IMG/VR virus record: IMGVR_UViG_3300036766_002181
Span: 1 to 64,000 of that record
Length of the DNA: 64,000 bases
Reading direction: 5' to 3' (one strand)
Shown piece by piece: positions 43,958 to 53,470 of the stretch. The notes beneath the pieces were generated by a model. The model saw nothing but the letters and a program-made list of their open reading frames with translations, searched no databases and was not told where the DNA came from. A program made the position numbers and the translations under genes. Numbering within the stretch: position 1 is the stretch's first letter; the number at the start of each line of letters is the position of its first letter.

Positions 43958-46900
43958 TTAATATCGATTGAAATGGCCTTCAATCAATTGGAGAAGCAGG
44001 CTGTCTCGCAATCCGCTTCTTATATCTTCTCCAAGATATATGTCTTCAAACTTATAATCATATTTTGCCCTTTCGCAGATTGAGCTTTCTATAATATAGT
44101 TGCAGCCCAAAAATCTGGTCTTTCTTGGAATAAGTTGTGCAACAAAGGTTCCCATGTTTGTGTCGAACCACTTGTAAAACTCAAAGAAGCCCTTTAAATT
44201 AATTTTATCTTTAAGTTTGTTAAAATAAAGGTCACGAATTATATCAAGTTCTTTATATCCACAGGCAAACTGAAGTTCTGGATTTCCCAGAACATTGTTT
44301 AGTTCGTCAAGACTAGAAAATATTGTAATAATGTCCTGATCAAGACTATCAACAATAGAAAAGTCTATCGATAGCTTTGGACTGTCGGTTGCCTCTTCAT
44401 TTGGATTTATCTCATAAACTGGAGATGTTTCAATCCAGGGAGAAAGAGCTTGGGTAATCGTATCAAGGGATTGAAGGCCTCTAATGCGAACCTTGTTTTC
44501 TGTTGTTCCTTCATCAATTTTCGGAGACAAATAAGAGAAATAAAAATGCTCTGGCAAAATAGTCTCTTGACTTATTGGAAATCCTGTGCCAGATAGATGA
44601 AATTCATTTTGTGAGAAATCAGTAATTTCTATGCTGCCTGAAGAGTCTGAACTTAACACTATCTGGTCGGTTGAGGCATCTATACGAAGCCTTTCATAAG
44701 ATCCTGATACATCTACTGAGGCAAAGTTAAAATTCTTCTTGGGATCCCTTACGCCAACCGATCTATAGTTTAAGACATGCTCTAACCAGTCTTCTTCTGT
44801 AAGATACTTGGACCAAAATCTTATTTGTCCAATTCTGCCCTTAAAACTTCTCGTTTGCTCATCAGAGCCAGAGAGATGATCAGAAGGTGCCAGGGTAAGG
44901 CTAGAAGAACCCACGACCAACATGGGGCCAACTATTGAGCCTGTGGCATTTTGCCACCTAGAAGTAGATGGAAAATCTGCAAAATAAGAAGAGGTGGTAT
45001 ATGCCTCAAGTATTTCTCCATTATTCTGCTTTGCAGCCCGTAGAAAGTAGGACGAAGAAACATCTGAGTTTAGGCCAGGATAATCATTTCTTTGACGACC
45101 AAAAGAAATGTGCCATTGTTTTCCATCAAAAATATCTACCCCTGTTATTGGGAGCATGAAGGTTCTTGCTGCTGAAGAATCAGGGGCCGTATAAAGCTTT
45201 ATAGAAGAATCCTCAGAAGATGCAACAAGATTTGCCAGAATGTTTATTCCCGAGCTGCTGCTTAATTCTAGTCTGGCAAGACTTTGAGATGCAGGATATT
45301 CCATACTTGGAATAAAGCGATAAATTCCCTCTACAGAAAAAGAACCAGAGGTTAAAAGCGCATTGCTTGCCTGCGATGGACCAGCCAGAGGAACACCCGG
45401 CTCTACTCTGGAAGAAGATAGATATGGAGAGGTTATAAGCCCGCCCGAAACAAAATCCAACATGGTAGATACTTCAAATCTGTGCTCTCTATTAAAGCTT
45501 AGTGGTCTTTTTGTCGGGCCGCCATATTCTCTTATTCTGAAGTTTGAATCGGGATCTATGCCGGCAGAACGAATAAATGATTTGATCGAATGGATTGTTC
45601 CTTTTGACTTAAGAACATCTTGTAAATTAATCAAAATTCTGCGCCAGATTTGATTTTGAATATTTTGTAGACCAAGGATATTTGTCGAAAACCCTGTATC
45701 TAAATTTTCACCTTCAATGAATTGCTCAATGGTTGTTCCAACAAACAAAGATGGCAATTGAATTCCTTCCCTTCTTGCAAAGGCACTTAAAAAATCATTG
45801 GGTACTGTATCTGTTTCATCATATCCAATTTTGTTTAAGAACCCAAAATTTTGTATATAAAGCTTCATTTCATCAAAGAATTTTGCCCAGGTATAAAGCA
45901 GGGAAAGAAGAACCTGGGTAGAGCCCATCGTCGTATTTCTTGGCTCACTACCTGACATTGTTGTTACAATTTCTCCTTCTTCGGTAGATAGGCTATCCTG
46001 ATATTGACCTTCTTCAAGGTAGTGTCTAGGAATTAGCTTAGAAATCAAATTGGGATTGGCTTCGTCATAAATTGAGGCGCTTAATAAAAGATTTTCTCGC
46101 AAAGCCGCATTTCCTTCTACCCCTAAGAACAAAACAGGAGAAAACTCCAGGCGCTCAAGAAACATGGGAGTATCTCCTGAAGCAGAAAGAATCTCTCTAA
46201 CCCCAAGAGTCAATGCCCTGGTATTCAATCTTCCATGCAAAGAATTTTTTGAATAATCTAAAACAAGATTCGTATTACTACCAGAAGGCTCATTAAATCT
46301 GTAGTAAAGCTTTAAATTATCATCTGCAAAAATTGATTTTGTTTTAAATTCTTCTATTTGCTTTTTTGTTCTTAGACTGTGCCATATACGCAACTCGTCA
46401 ATTGAGCCAGAAAATGTACTATTCGGAGTATAAAGGGCTCCTAGCGAGCTTCCGCTGCCAATCAACATATCGCTTTGACCAGTTCCAAGCGAGCCAAACT
46501 CTATGGGCATCGAACTTGAAGTTTCTAACTTGCCATTTAAATAGCCATAAACAGTATGGGTTCCGGGAGATCTATCCCATGCCCAATGAATGTGATTCCA
46601 GGCTTCCCTTTCCAGATTTAACGTTACCTTGTCTTCATAGGCACCAGAGACGGCCAAAAAAGAAACTCCTGCCAGACTTGATCCTGTTAGTGATTCCAAG
46701 ACAACCGCAAATCCATTGTTTGATCCTGATTGTTTTGTTATAATTGATTGAGAAAGATTGCCGAGAGATTGACTTGGCACATATAGCTGCATCTCTATAG
46801 TCATTGAAGATAGCCCCGGATCTAGAACGGTTTCTCCTGTTTTTAATCTTGAGAGTTCTAAAAACTGACTGCCAGCAGAATCCTTAACAACAACCATGGT

Positions 46901-47344
46901 TCCGTCATCAGAGCCGACACCAGGAGCTGAACCTGAAAAAAATAAATATCCTTTGTTTTTTAAGAATTGATCATAAACGTATTTTTCAAAGCCCGTTAAT
47001 CCACCAAAGAATAACTCGTGTTCATTTTTTGTTCCATCAAATGGAAAATTATTGACTATCTTGTCAAAGGCAACATTGGTTTTTACTTGAGCACTATTAA
47101 AAAAGGTATGATTTGAAAACTCGCCGTAATTGACATTTAGCTGTTGAGTAGACTGTAGTCCTGTTCCTTGAATATTATATTTAAAGGAGCCTGTAGATCC
47201 TATCGATAGACCTTCCTCTTGGCTTGAATCTGAAAAATTAAGTCCTGGACTTTCTTCTATCTCCTGCTGTCCTCTAACGACGGTTGGTATAAAAAGCGGA
47301 GGTCTAAGCGTTCTAAGCCTTTCTATATTGCTACCAAAAGCCAT
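43958..47344 (-). CDS. Large baseplate-associated protein with two LamG domains
   Basis: WNHIHWAW...YLNGK...FSGSIDELRIW and WHISF...FKGRIGQIRFW; lies next to the gp6/gp25-like genes. Confidence 0.8.
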   Translation of the reverse strand: MAFGSNIERLRTLRPPLFIPTVVRGQQEIEESPGLNFSDSSQEEGLSIGSTGSFKYNIQGTGLQSTQQLNVNYGEFSNHTFFNSAQVKTNVAFDKIVNNFPFDGTKNEHELFFGGLTGFEKYVYDQFLKNKGYLFFSGSAPGVGSDDGTMVVVKDSAGSQFLELSRLKTGETVLDPGLSSMTIEMQLYVPSQSLGNLSQSIITKQSGSNNGFAVVLESLTGSSLAGVSFLAVSGAYEDKVTLNLEREAWNHIHWAWDRSPGTHTVYGYLNGKLETSSSMPIEFGSLGTGQSDMLIGSGSSLGALYTPNSTFSGSIDELRIWHSLRTKKQIEEFKTKSIFADDNLKLYYRFNEPSGSNTNLVLDYSKNSLHGRLNTRALTLGVREILSASGDTPMFLERLEFSPVLFLGVEGNAALRENLLLSASIYDEANPNLISKLIPRHYLEEGQYQDSLSTEEGEIVTTMSGSEPRNTTMGSTQVLLSLLYTWAKFFDEMKLYIQNFGFLNKIGYDETDTVPNDFLSAFARREGIQLPSLFVGTTIEQFIEGENLDTGFSTNILGLQNIQNQIWRRILINLQDVLKSKGTIHSIKSFIRSAGIDPDSNFRIREYGGPTKRPLSFNREHRFEVSTMLDFVSGGLITSPYLSSSRVEPGVPLAGPSQASNALLTSGSFSVEGIYRFIPSMEYPASQSLARLELSSSSGINILANLVASSEDSSIKLYTAPDSSAARTFMLPITGVDIFDGKQWHISFGRQRNDYPGLNSDVSSSYFLRAAKQNNGEILEAYTTSSYFADFPSTSRWQNATGSIVGPMLVVGSSSLTLAPSDHLSGSDEQTRSFKGRIGQIRFWSKYLTEEDWLEHVLNYRSVGVRDPKKNFNFASVDVSGSYERLRIDASTDQIVLSSDSSGSIEITDFSQNEFHLSGTGFPISQETILPEHFYFSYLSPKIDEGTTENKVRIRGLQSLDTITQALSPWIETSPVYEINPNEEATDSPKLSIDFSIVDSLDQDIITIFSSLDELNNVLGNPELQFACGYKELDIIRDLYFNKLKDKINLKGFFEFYKWFDTNMGTFVAQLIPRKTRFLGCNYIIESSICERAKYDYKFEDIYLGEDIRSGLRDSLLLQLIEGHFNRY

Positions 47345-47349
47345 TGATA

Positions 47350-48900
47350 CTATTTGGTTACCTTAAAAATAAAGCCCTTATTGTTAACGACAAAATCTTT
47401 TCCTTGATCATTTTTGATAATAAACTCTAGCTCATAAACTTCATTAATGTCTAGATCGCACGGAAATAGATCAAAATACATGCCATCGGAGTCTGTTGAT
47501 AGCCTTGTGTTTATAGAGAATGGAATAACTTCTTCATGCTTGGAATATGCCTTAATCAATCTCCATCTCATGTCTGGAACAATTAGTGGCCTTGTTGGTA
47601 CAGGATATCTTGTTGCAACCTGGCTTAAATCTCTGTCTTGCGCAAAAACTCTAATTCTTGCCTGCTCTTCCTTCTTATAGGATTGTTTAAGGTTGGTCGC
47701 ATTTACAACGTAGTTTTTTTCAAACGAGTTATTGTAGCCACCAAGAAGTTTTTTAAACTTAAAATAGTTTGTCGCAAGCGTCACCAGCCCAGAGGCATTC
47801 TTCCAGGTTCCTTTTAACTCGACTTCATTTCTGTTGGCGATGAAATTGTTAAGTTCAGAATCCGTTGTGGGGTCTAATATAAAATTTGAATAGTAAATAC
47901 CCATATCTAGTAATGAGCCAGAAAAGGATTGAGAGTAATAAACAACGCTTCTTGTAAGATGGTTTATACTTGCACTAAAGTTTGGCTGAAAACTGGAGGT
48001 CATAAATTCGATGCTTTTACTAGCGGCAAATTCAAGCTCAACACAATTTGCTCCTGTTATATCTGCGCCGCCAGAAACAAAGTTAATAAGATTTCCTTGA
48101 ACCTGGTTATAAACGAAAAAACTTTGACTTAAAGAAAATCTTGGATCACCAGAAGTGTCTGCAAGTCTGTCATCATCAAACTCGACAACAAGTCTTGGTC
48201 TTAGTGTGGAATTCATTGCCTGCCGTGAGCCAAATCTTTTAACAAATCTTGTTATTCCGTCTTGCTCTTGAGAATCTATAAAAGAAATTCTAAATCCATT
48301 GTTATCAACGATTCCAACAATCGAAGCAGAGACAAGCTTGGTTACATTGAAAAAGGCATCTTCATCGCCACGTTCAAATTGTTGAACAATGCCGAGACTT
48401 TCTGACCCAAATCCAAGATCACCAGAAACAAATATATCAATATTAGAATCTCCTATGTTTCCTTGGGCAGATGCTCCAGAAAGGCTCCAGGCAACGCCAT
48501 AGCTGGCAGATTCAAAATTTGCCGTATCTAAGTCTCTATAGGCTACAACATCAAATCCCCTGCCTTCGTCAAATGCTTTTGCTAGTGGATAGGCCACTAA
48601 GTCATAGTTTGAAGGAACGGTTTGCCCACCGTATACATCCTTCAATCTCAAAGAAGCCGTAAAGCTTGGATGAGAAACTCTCTCTATTGTTAAAAAATCT
48701 TCAGGATAATCGAATTTAAGCAAAAGTCTTGACAACTCTACGACAGGACCAGAAGAACCTGACAATGTAGACTCGTTATAAAGTTTATAGGCATCTAAGG
48801 TTCCAGCCTGGCCCGTATTGCTTGTAGAGGCTCGTTTGCCTGCAATAATTTTGTCTTGCAAATATGCGTCTTTAGAGGCACTTAAAAGTCTGTAGGTCAT
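47350..48900 (-). CDS. Structural protein, DNRLRE-like N-terminal domain
   Basis: ASKDAYLQD...SNTG...SRLLLKFD...ASLRL...RPRLVVEF pattern. Confidence 0.6.
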   Translation of the reverse strand: MTYRLLSASKDAYLQDKIIAGKRASTSNTGQAGTLDAYKLYNESTLSGSSGPVVELSRLLLKFDYPEDFLTIERVSHPSFTASLRLKDVYGGQTVPSNYDLVAYPLAKAFDEGRGFDVVAYRDLDTANFESASYGVAWSLSGASAQGNIGDSNIDIFVSGDLGFGSESLGIVQQFERGDEDAFFNVTKLVSASIVGIVDNNGFRISFIDSQEQDGITRFVKRFGSRQAMNSTLRPRLVVEFDDDRLADTSGDPRFSLSQSFFVYNQVQGNLINFVSGGADITGANCVELEFAASKSIEFMTSSFQPNFSASINHLTRSVVYYSQSFSGSLLDMGIYYSNFILDPTTDSELNNFIANRNEVELKGTWKNASGLVTLATNYFKFKKLLGGYNNSFEKNYVVNATNLKQSYKKEEQARIRVFAQDRDLSQVATRYPVPTRPLIVPDMRWRLIKAYSKHEEVIPFSINTRLSTDSDGMYFDLFPCDLDINEVYELEFIIKNDQGKDFVVNNKGFIFKVTK

Positions 48901-48902
48901 TG

Positions 48903-50795
48903 TTAAATGATTGATCCCTTTATATCAAATTCTGGGAATCTAAGTTCAAAAATTCCACCAGGAGGGGTAAACAGAATTCTGTTTTCTGTATTTGTTTTAA
49001 TATCATACTGCACATCGGAGTACATTCTTATTGCCGCATTCTTTTCATCGCCGGCAGAAGATATTTGTCCATAAATGTTTTCGATTCTTAAATCAGAAAT
49101 AGTAGCAACTCCTGCCGTATTGAAGATAATGTTTTCAATATCATTTAGGTAAACCGGCTGATCAATCTCGAAATTCTTGATATTAAAATACGTTTTTAGT
49201 TTGCTTATGATATTTTGCTTAACAAGGTTTTTGTTTAATCCAGGTTGGGCTGTTATTGAAAAATAAACAACAAAATTAATAACCCTTGCATCTAAAATAT
49301 CGATAGCATCATTTGACATTCTATATTTGTTCAAATAGGTAGAAAGGTTCTTTTTTAAACTGTCAGGCGAAACAATCAATTGACTATTTCTATTTCTAGA
49401 GATAATAAAAACATTTGAAGCCAATGGGTTATTGGCACTTGGTCTGACGCTGGCTCTGAAAACTCTGCCAAAATTGGCCGGCATCGTATAGATCCTTGCC
49501 AAGAGATCCTCTCTTGAGGCAATTCTAGACTGTGCTGCCTTTACGGCAGGAATACGAAGTTTTAGCTCATCTGAAGAAGGGGCATCTTCCCCGCCTGAAG
49601 ATTCCGTTTGATTAACAGTATCTATAGAAGCCCTGATAAACTGTGAAACTTCAGCAGTAGGATTCCCTGGAAAGCTCATTAAGAGAGTTGAAATATTTCT
49701 TATTGTTCGGGGGCCAACATTGTGTGTCAGACCGCCGCCGTGACGGAAGGCAACCGTTATTAAACTATTTGGAGCAATTACACCAAGGGTTGTTGAGCGA
49801 AGAAGATTGTTTGGGTTTAACGTAAATCTGGAGAAGTTTCTTTTTCCATAAAGCGGAATTGCAAATTCGCTTGGATCAGGAACAATATCATCATCTAGGG
49901 ATTGCGCCGAGCCACCACCGAATGTTAAGATTGTCAATCTGGTATTAAGCTGCATCTCAGAAATAAATCTATAGGGAGCTGGTACTATAGCCAAGGAATC
50001 CTTAACCAGCTCATTGTCTTCGTTTTTGTTTAAAATTGCCTGAAATATAGAATCTTGCGTAAGGTGGCCGACCTGATAATATTCGTTACCAAGGTTATCA
50101 TTTACTGAAATAATCTCTGTTACATTTTCTCTGCCAAGAGTATGGCGTTTAAATTGTTCAAAAGAACCAACAGAGATAGACTCTTCGGTTCTAAAACCAG
50201 AAATGCAAATACCTTTATTTAATTCTGGAGGATTAGAAAGAATAAACGTGGTTGGCTCACTATTTGCATTTGTTCTGCCTACGGCAATATTGCAAACAAG
50301 TTTGCCTGCTTTGTTTGTTTCTGAAAAATCAATATCCTCAACAAGCTCAAACTGGGTACCATTGCCAGATTGAACAACCGATCCTGCAAGAACAACTGGT
50401 AGGGCAACTGGACTTGGTACTAACTCTCCTGTTAGTACGTCTCTTGCTGCAGGAATCTCTACGTAGAAGGTTTGTTCCACAACCGCAGGAGAAGCACCAA
50501 CAATATCAACACCTGCCTGGCGTAAATGATTTTCTATATTTGCTACCTCTCTGGCCGTTTCAGGATTAAGTTCATGAAACATATGATCAAGGTAAAAAGA
50601 ATCTACATCCCCAACATAGGCAGCAAAGTCCAAAAGAAGGCCGCCGAGGCTTGTTTCTGAAAAGTCTTTTATATTGTTTGGAAAATGGATTCTTGCATAC
50701 TCTAAAAGGTCTGCCCTAAATCCATCGAAGTCTTTGTTAAGGTACTTTCTTTGTCTAACAGACTTTAAAATATCCTTCTTTGATGCAGTGCTCAT
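48903..50795 (-). CDS. Baseplate wedge subunit (T4 gp6/baseplate J-like)
   Basis: YLNKDFDGFRADL...DFSE.S.GG.LLD..AY.GD...FY.D; SGGEDAPS.DELK; R.ASREDL. Confidence 0.9.
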   Translation of the reverse strand: MSTASKKDILKSVRQRKYLNKDFDGFRADLLEYARIHFPNNIKDFSETSLGGLLLDFAAYVGDVDSFYLDHMFHELNPETAREVANIENHLRQAGVDIVGASPAVVEQTFYVEIPAARDVLTGELVPSPVALPVVLAGSVVQSGNGTQFELVEDIDFSETNKAGKLVCNIAVGRTNANSEPTTFILSNPPELNKGICISGFRTEESISVGSFEQFKRHTLGRENVTEIISVNDNLGNEYYQVGHLTQDSIFQAILNKNEDNELVKDSLAIVPAPYRFISEMQLNTRLTILTFGGGSAQSLDDDIVPDPSEFAIPLYGKRNFSRFTLNPNNLLRSTTLGVIAPNSLITVAFRHGGGLTHNVGPRTIRNISTLLMSFPGNPTAEVSQFIRASIDTVNQTESSGGEDAPSSDELKLRIPAVKAAQSRIASREDLLARIYTMPANFGRVFRASVRPSANNPLASNVFIISRNRNSQLIVSPDSLKKNLSTYLNKYRMSNDAIDILDARVINFVVYFSITAQPGLNKNLVKQNIISKLKTYFNIKNFEIDQPVYLNDIENIIFNTAGVATISDLRIENIYGQISSAGDEKNAAIRMYSDVQYDIKTNTENRILFTPPGGIFELRFPEFDIKGSII

Positions 50796-51271
50796 AATAC
50801 TGTTAGTACCAATTCTATTTGGTCCCTTTCGATATTTAGAGACTGAGAAGCATAAACAACTAGAATTTTAATTCTTCTCAGGGCGCTAAGATCCTCTTGT
50901 TTATCTAGAGTTGAATCAAACTCAAGTGGAACAACATAGGGCATAAACTTTGAAATTGCCGTATTAATCCTAATCATTGCCTCGGCATCAAAGTCATCCT
51001 TGTTGTTGTATTCTGCCATAAGTGGCAAAAGGTTTGCCCCAAGGTCAAATTGATTAATTCTTTCCCCATGATTTGTTAAAAGAAGATTTTTGATATTGTC
51101 CTTAATTTCGTCCTTGACGTTGTAATGCATTGTGAATATTTCTTTTTCAGTAGAATCAAGTGCCAATGGAGTCTTTATTCCTATTGGGGTTAGGGATTGG
51201 TTCTTTGTAATAACATCGTTTCTTCTAGAGTCTTCTCTTATGCCCACATTTTTAAAGCTAAGGGTTGTCAT
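50792..51271 (-). CDS. Baseplate wedge protein, gp25/GPW-like
   Basis: IKDNIKNLLLTNHGER...DLGANL...INTAISKFMP. Confidence 0.88.
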   Translation of the reverse strand: MTTLSFKNVGIREDSRRNDVITKNQSLTPIGIKTPLALDSTEKEIFTMHYNVKDEIKDNIKNLLLTNHGERINQFDLGANLLPLMAEYNNKDDFDAEAMIRINTAISKFMPYVVPLEFDSTLDKQEDLSALRRIKILVVYASQSLNIERDQIELVLTVL

Positions 51272-51337
51272 ATATATGATTAATGTTAATTAGAAATCTC
51301 TCAGATATTTGAATATAAGAAATTGGCGAATAGTTGA

Positions 51338-52939
51338 CTAGGTTCCAAAAATCTTCGTACTGCGCGAATCTAGGACGCTTGTAGACGTTTGTTCTTTAAG
51401 GGCATCCAAGGGCTTTAGATTCTTGGGAACGGCCTGTAGAGGTGCCAGGGCAGCCAGAAGGCTAGGAATGGGGGCTCCCAGATTTCCCCTTGCATTGCTA
51501 AAGGCAACATGTACGGTTTCGCTGGCAAGCTTGGTTAATTGATCTCTTAATAGGTCTATTTGATCCTGAAGTTTTTGAACCGTTGCCTGAAATTTGGTCC
51601 ACCTTATATAGGGTTCAATTTCCCCTGTGCTTTTGCCCAAATAGATCTTTTTGCTTTCGATTTGTATTAGGCCATTTTCGTCTATAAAAAAGTAACCAAG
51701 ATCCTCGTCGGGATCTCCTTCTCGAACAAGAAGAACGGTTCCCTTTATCCCAAATTCAGAATCTCTTCTGGCAATGAGACGAATATGATCAGATTTTTCA
51801 ACAATATGGGCCTTATTAAAGGTACCTGTTTTTCCGTCAACTGCTGGCAAAGAAAGGGAATCTTCCGGGTTAAGTTTTAGGTTAAAGTTCTTGTCTCCCT
51901 CTGTTTGCATTGAAACATAGATTCTTGAGGCATCATTTTCAAAGTCAGGATCTCCTTCTTTTGGGTTATCCTTTTTCGAGAATCCTTTGCGATGAGGCGA
52001 TTTATCTGTTTCTAGGTCGCCTCTTGTATTTTTTGCAATTCGTGGATCTGTTCTTTCAGGAGCGGAGTTGCCTTCTGTTTCCTTAAGTGGAGCCTTTCTG
52101 CTTCTACCAACAACGCAGTCTACTGTTCCGGCCTTTCCCTTGGCATCGTTTGGGTTACTAACCTGTCCGGTTCTATCTTCGCCTAGTGAAATAAGAGTAT
52201 TGTTTTTTCCTTGAATAACGAAATCTTGCGGGCGCTTCTTCCACCTTGGAACAGATTCTTGAGTTGTTAGAGGATAAGCTTTAGAGTTTTTCTTTATTTG
52301 CTCGTAGGGTTCAATTTTTTGAGCAGTATCTTGATCAAAATTTAATGTTAGGGTCTGCTTGGTATTGCCACCATTTGGAAAGCTCGGAGCCGGAACGTCC
52401 TTGCCGCCATTGGCTTCTATTTTTGCCCTTTCTTCAGTTGAATAGTTTCCAGGATTGATAGAAGGATCATATCTTCTATCAAAATGTGTGTAATTAACAT
52501 CCTCAATTGTTCTTTGGCTTGCTATTCTCGTAAACCAAAAACCCTGTGGACCATTGGTTTCCTGGTATGCCTCGTAGATTACATAAACAGTTTCACCAGG
52601 AGTTATTGGTAACATTATGTGACTTGAGAAAAAAGGAAACAATATTGTATTGTTTAGTGGACTTGTTCCACCTGCCTGACTAACAATTCTGGCGATTATA
52701 GAATTAATCGGCATTACGTCAACAATGTCGGCGTTGTCTACGGTGGAGGCAATTGCATCTAATTCTTCGTCTGTTAAAAGACCCGGATCTGAAATCACAT
52801 CTAAAACAACTGCTCGTTGAAGAGTTGGGATTTGGTTTCCGCCAAACTGCCTTACCTTCTCTAGGTCGTCACTAATATGGTTTGATGCCCTGCCTCCAAG
52901 AAGACTTCTCTGAACATTTTCTCCGATTCTTCTTGCCAT
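51338..52939 (-). CDS. Putative baseplate hub/central spike protein (gp5/VgrG-like N-terminal OB fold)
   Basis: VVLDV, FPFF...LPITPGETVYV, DFVIQGKNNTLISLG; adjacent to the gp25-like gene. Confidence 0.55.
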   Translation of the reverse strand: MARRIGENVQRSLLGGRASNHISDDLEKVRQFGGNQIPTLQRAVVLDVISDPGLLTDEELDAIASTVDNADIVDVMPINSIIARIVSQAGGTSPLNNTILFPFFSSHIMLPITPGETVYVIYEAYQETNGPQGFWFTRIASQRTIEDVNYTHFDRRYDPSINPGNYSTEERAKIEANGGKDVPAPSFPNGGNTKQTLTLNFDQDTAQKIEPYEQIKKNSKAYPLTTQESVPRWKKRPQDFVIQGKNNTLISLGEDRTGQVSNPNDAKGKAGTVDCVVGRSRKAPLKETEGNSAPERTDPRIAKNTRGDLETDKSPHRKGFSKKDNPKEGDPDFENDASRIYVSMQTEGDKNFNLKLNPEDSLSLPAVDGKTGTFNKAHIVEKSDHIRLIARRDSEFGIKGTVLLVREGDPDEDLGYFFIDENGLIQIESKKIYLGKSTGEIEPYIRWTKFQATVQKLQDQIDLLRDQLTKLASETVHVAFSNARGNLGAPIPSLLAALAPLQAVPKNLKPLDALKEQTSTSVLDSRSTKIFGT

Positions 52940-52945
52940 GTTTTT

Positions 52946-53470
52946 TTACTTATCTAGATTATCTATATTGCCCGTGATGTAATCTTCCTCTTCCTCTTCT
53001 TCCCCTTTGCTTTCGTCTTCTTTTGATTCTTCGTCGTCGTCTTCGATAACGGCACTAGAGGCCTCTATATCTTCCCTAACCAGATCATTCATTTTTTCTA
53101 GACGTTCATACATGCTTCCTTCGCTTGTTAATTCATTCTCGTCCTGTGAAACGGCCTCATCTAGAATGTTGGCCAACTGAATCAGTTGTTCATTTGACTT
53201 ATTAAGTCTTTCAAGATATTTCGCAAGAGTCGTTCCGTGGATTGCATGCTCTGTTGGATTTCCATGAACCTTTTCATATAGGTCATAAAACATAATGTAG
53301 GCATTTCTTCGATCAATTACAGAATTTTCATAAATCTGTTGCCAAAGCTGTTTCTTCTTGTCATGAAGGCTTGAAAGGCTATTTAAAACGCTATTAAATG
53401 CCCTGATTTTTTCCTTTGTTTCCTTGTCAAGATTTTTTACGTCATATTCATTGTTTTCTTTTTGTGCCAT
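52946..53470 (-). CDS. Helical hypothetical protein with an acidic tail
   Basis: 174 aa; C-terminal DDDEESKEDESKGEEEEEEDY. Confidence 0.75.
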   Translation of the reverse strand: MAQKENNEYDVKNLDKETKEKIRAFNSVLNSLSSLHDKKKQLWQQIYENSVIDRRNAYIMFYDLYEKVHGNPTEHAIHGTTLAKYLERLNKSNEQLIQLANILDEAVSQDENELTSEGSMYERLEKMNDLVREDIEASSAVIEDDDEESKEDESKGEEEEEEDYITGNIDNLDK

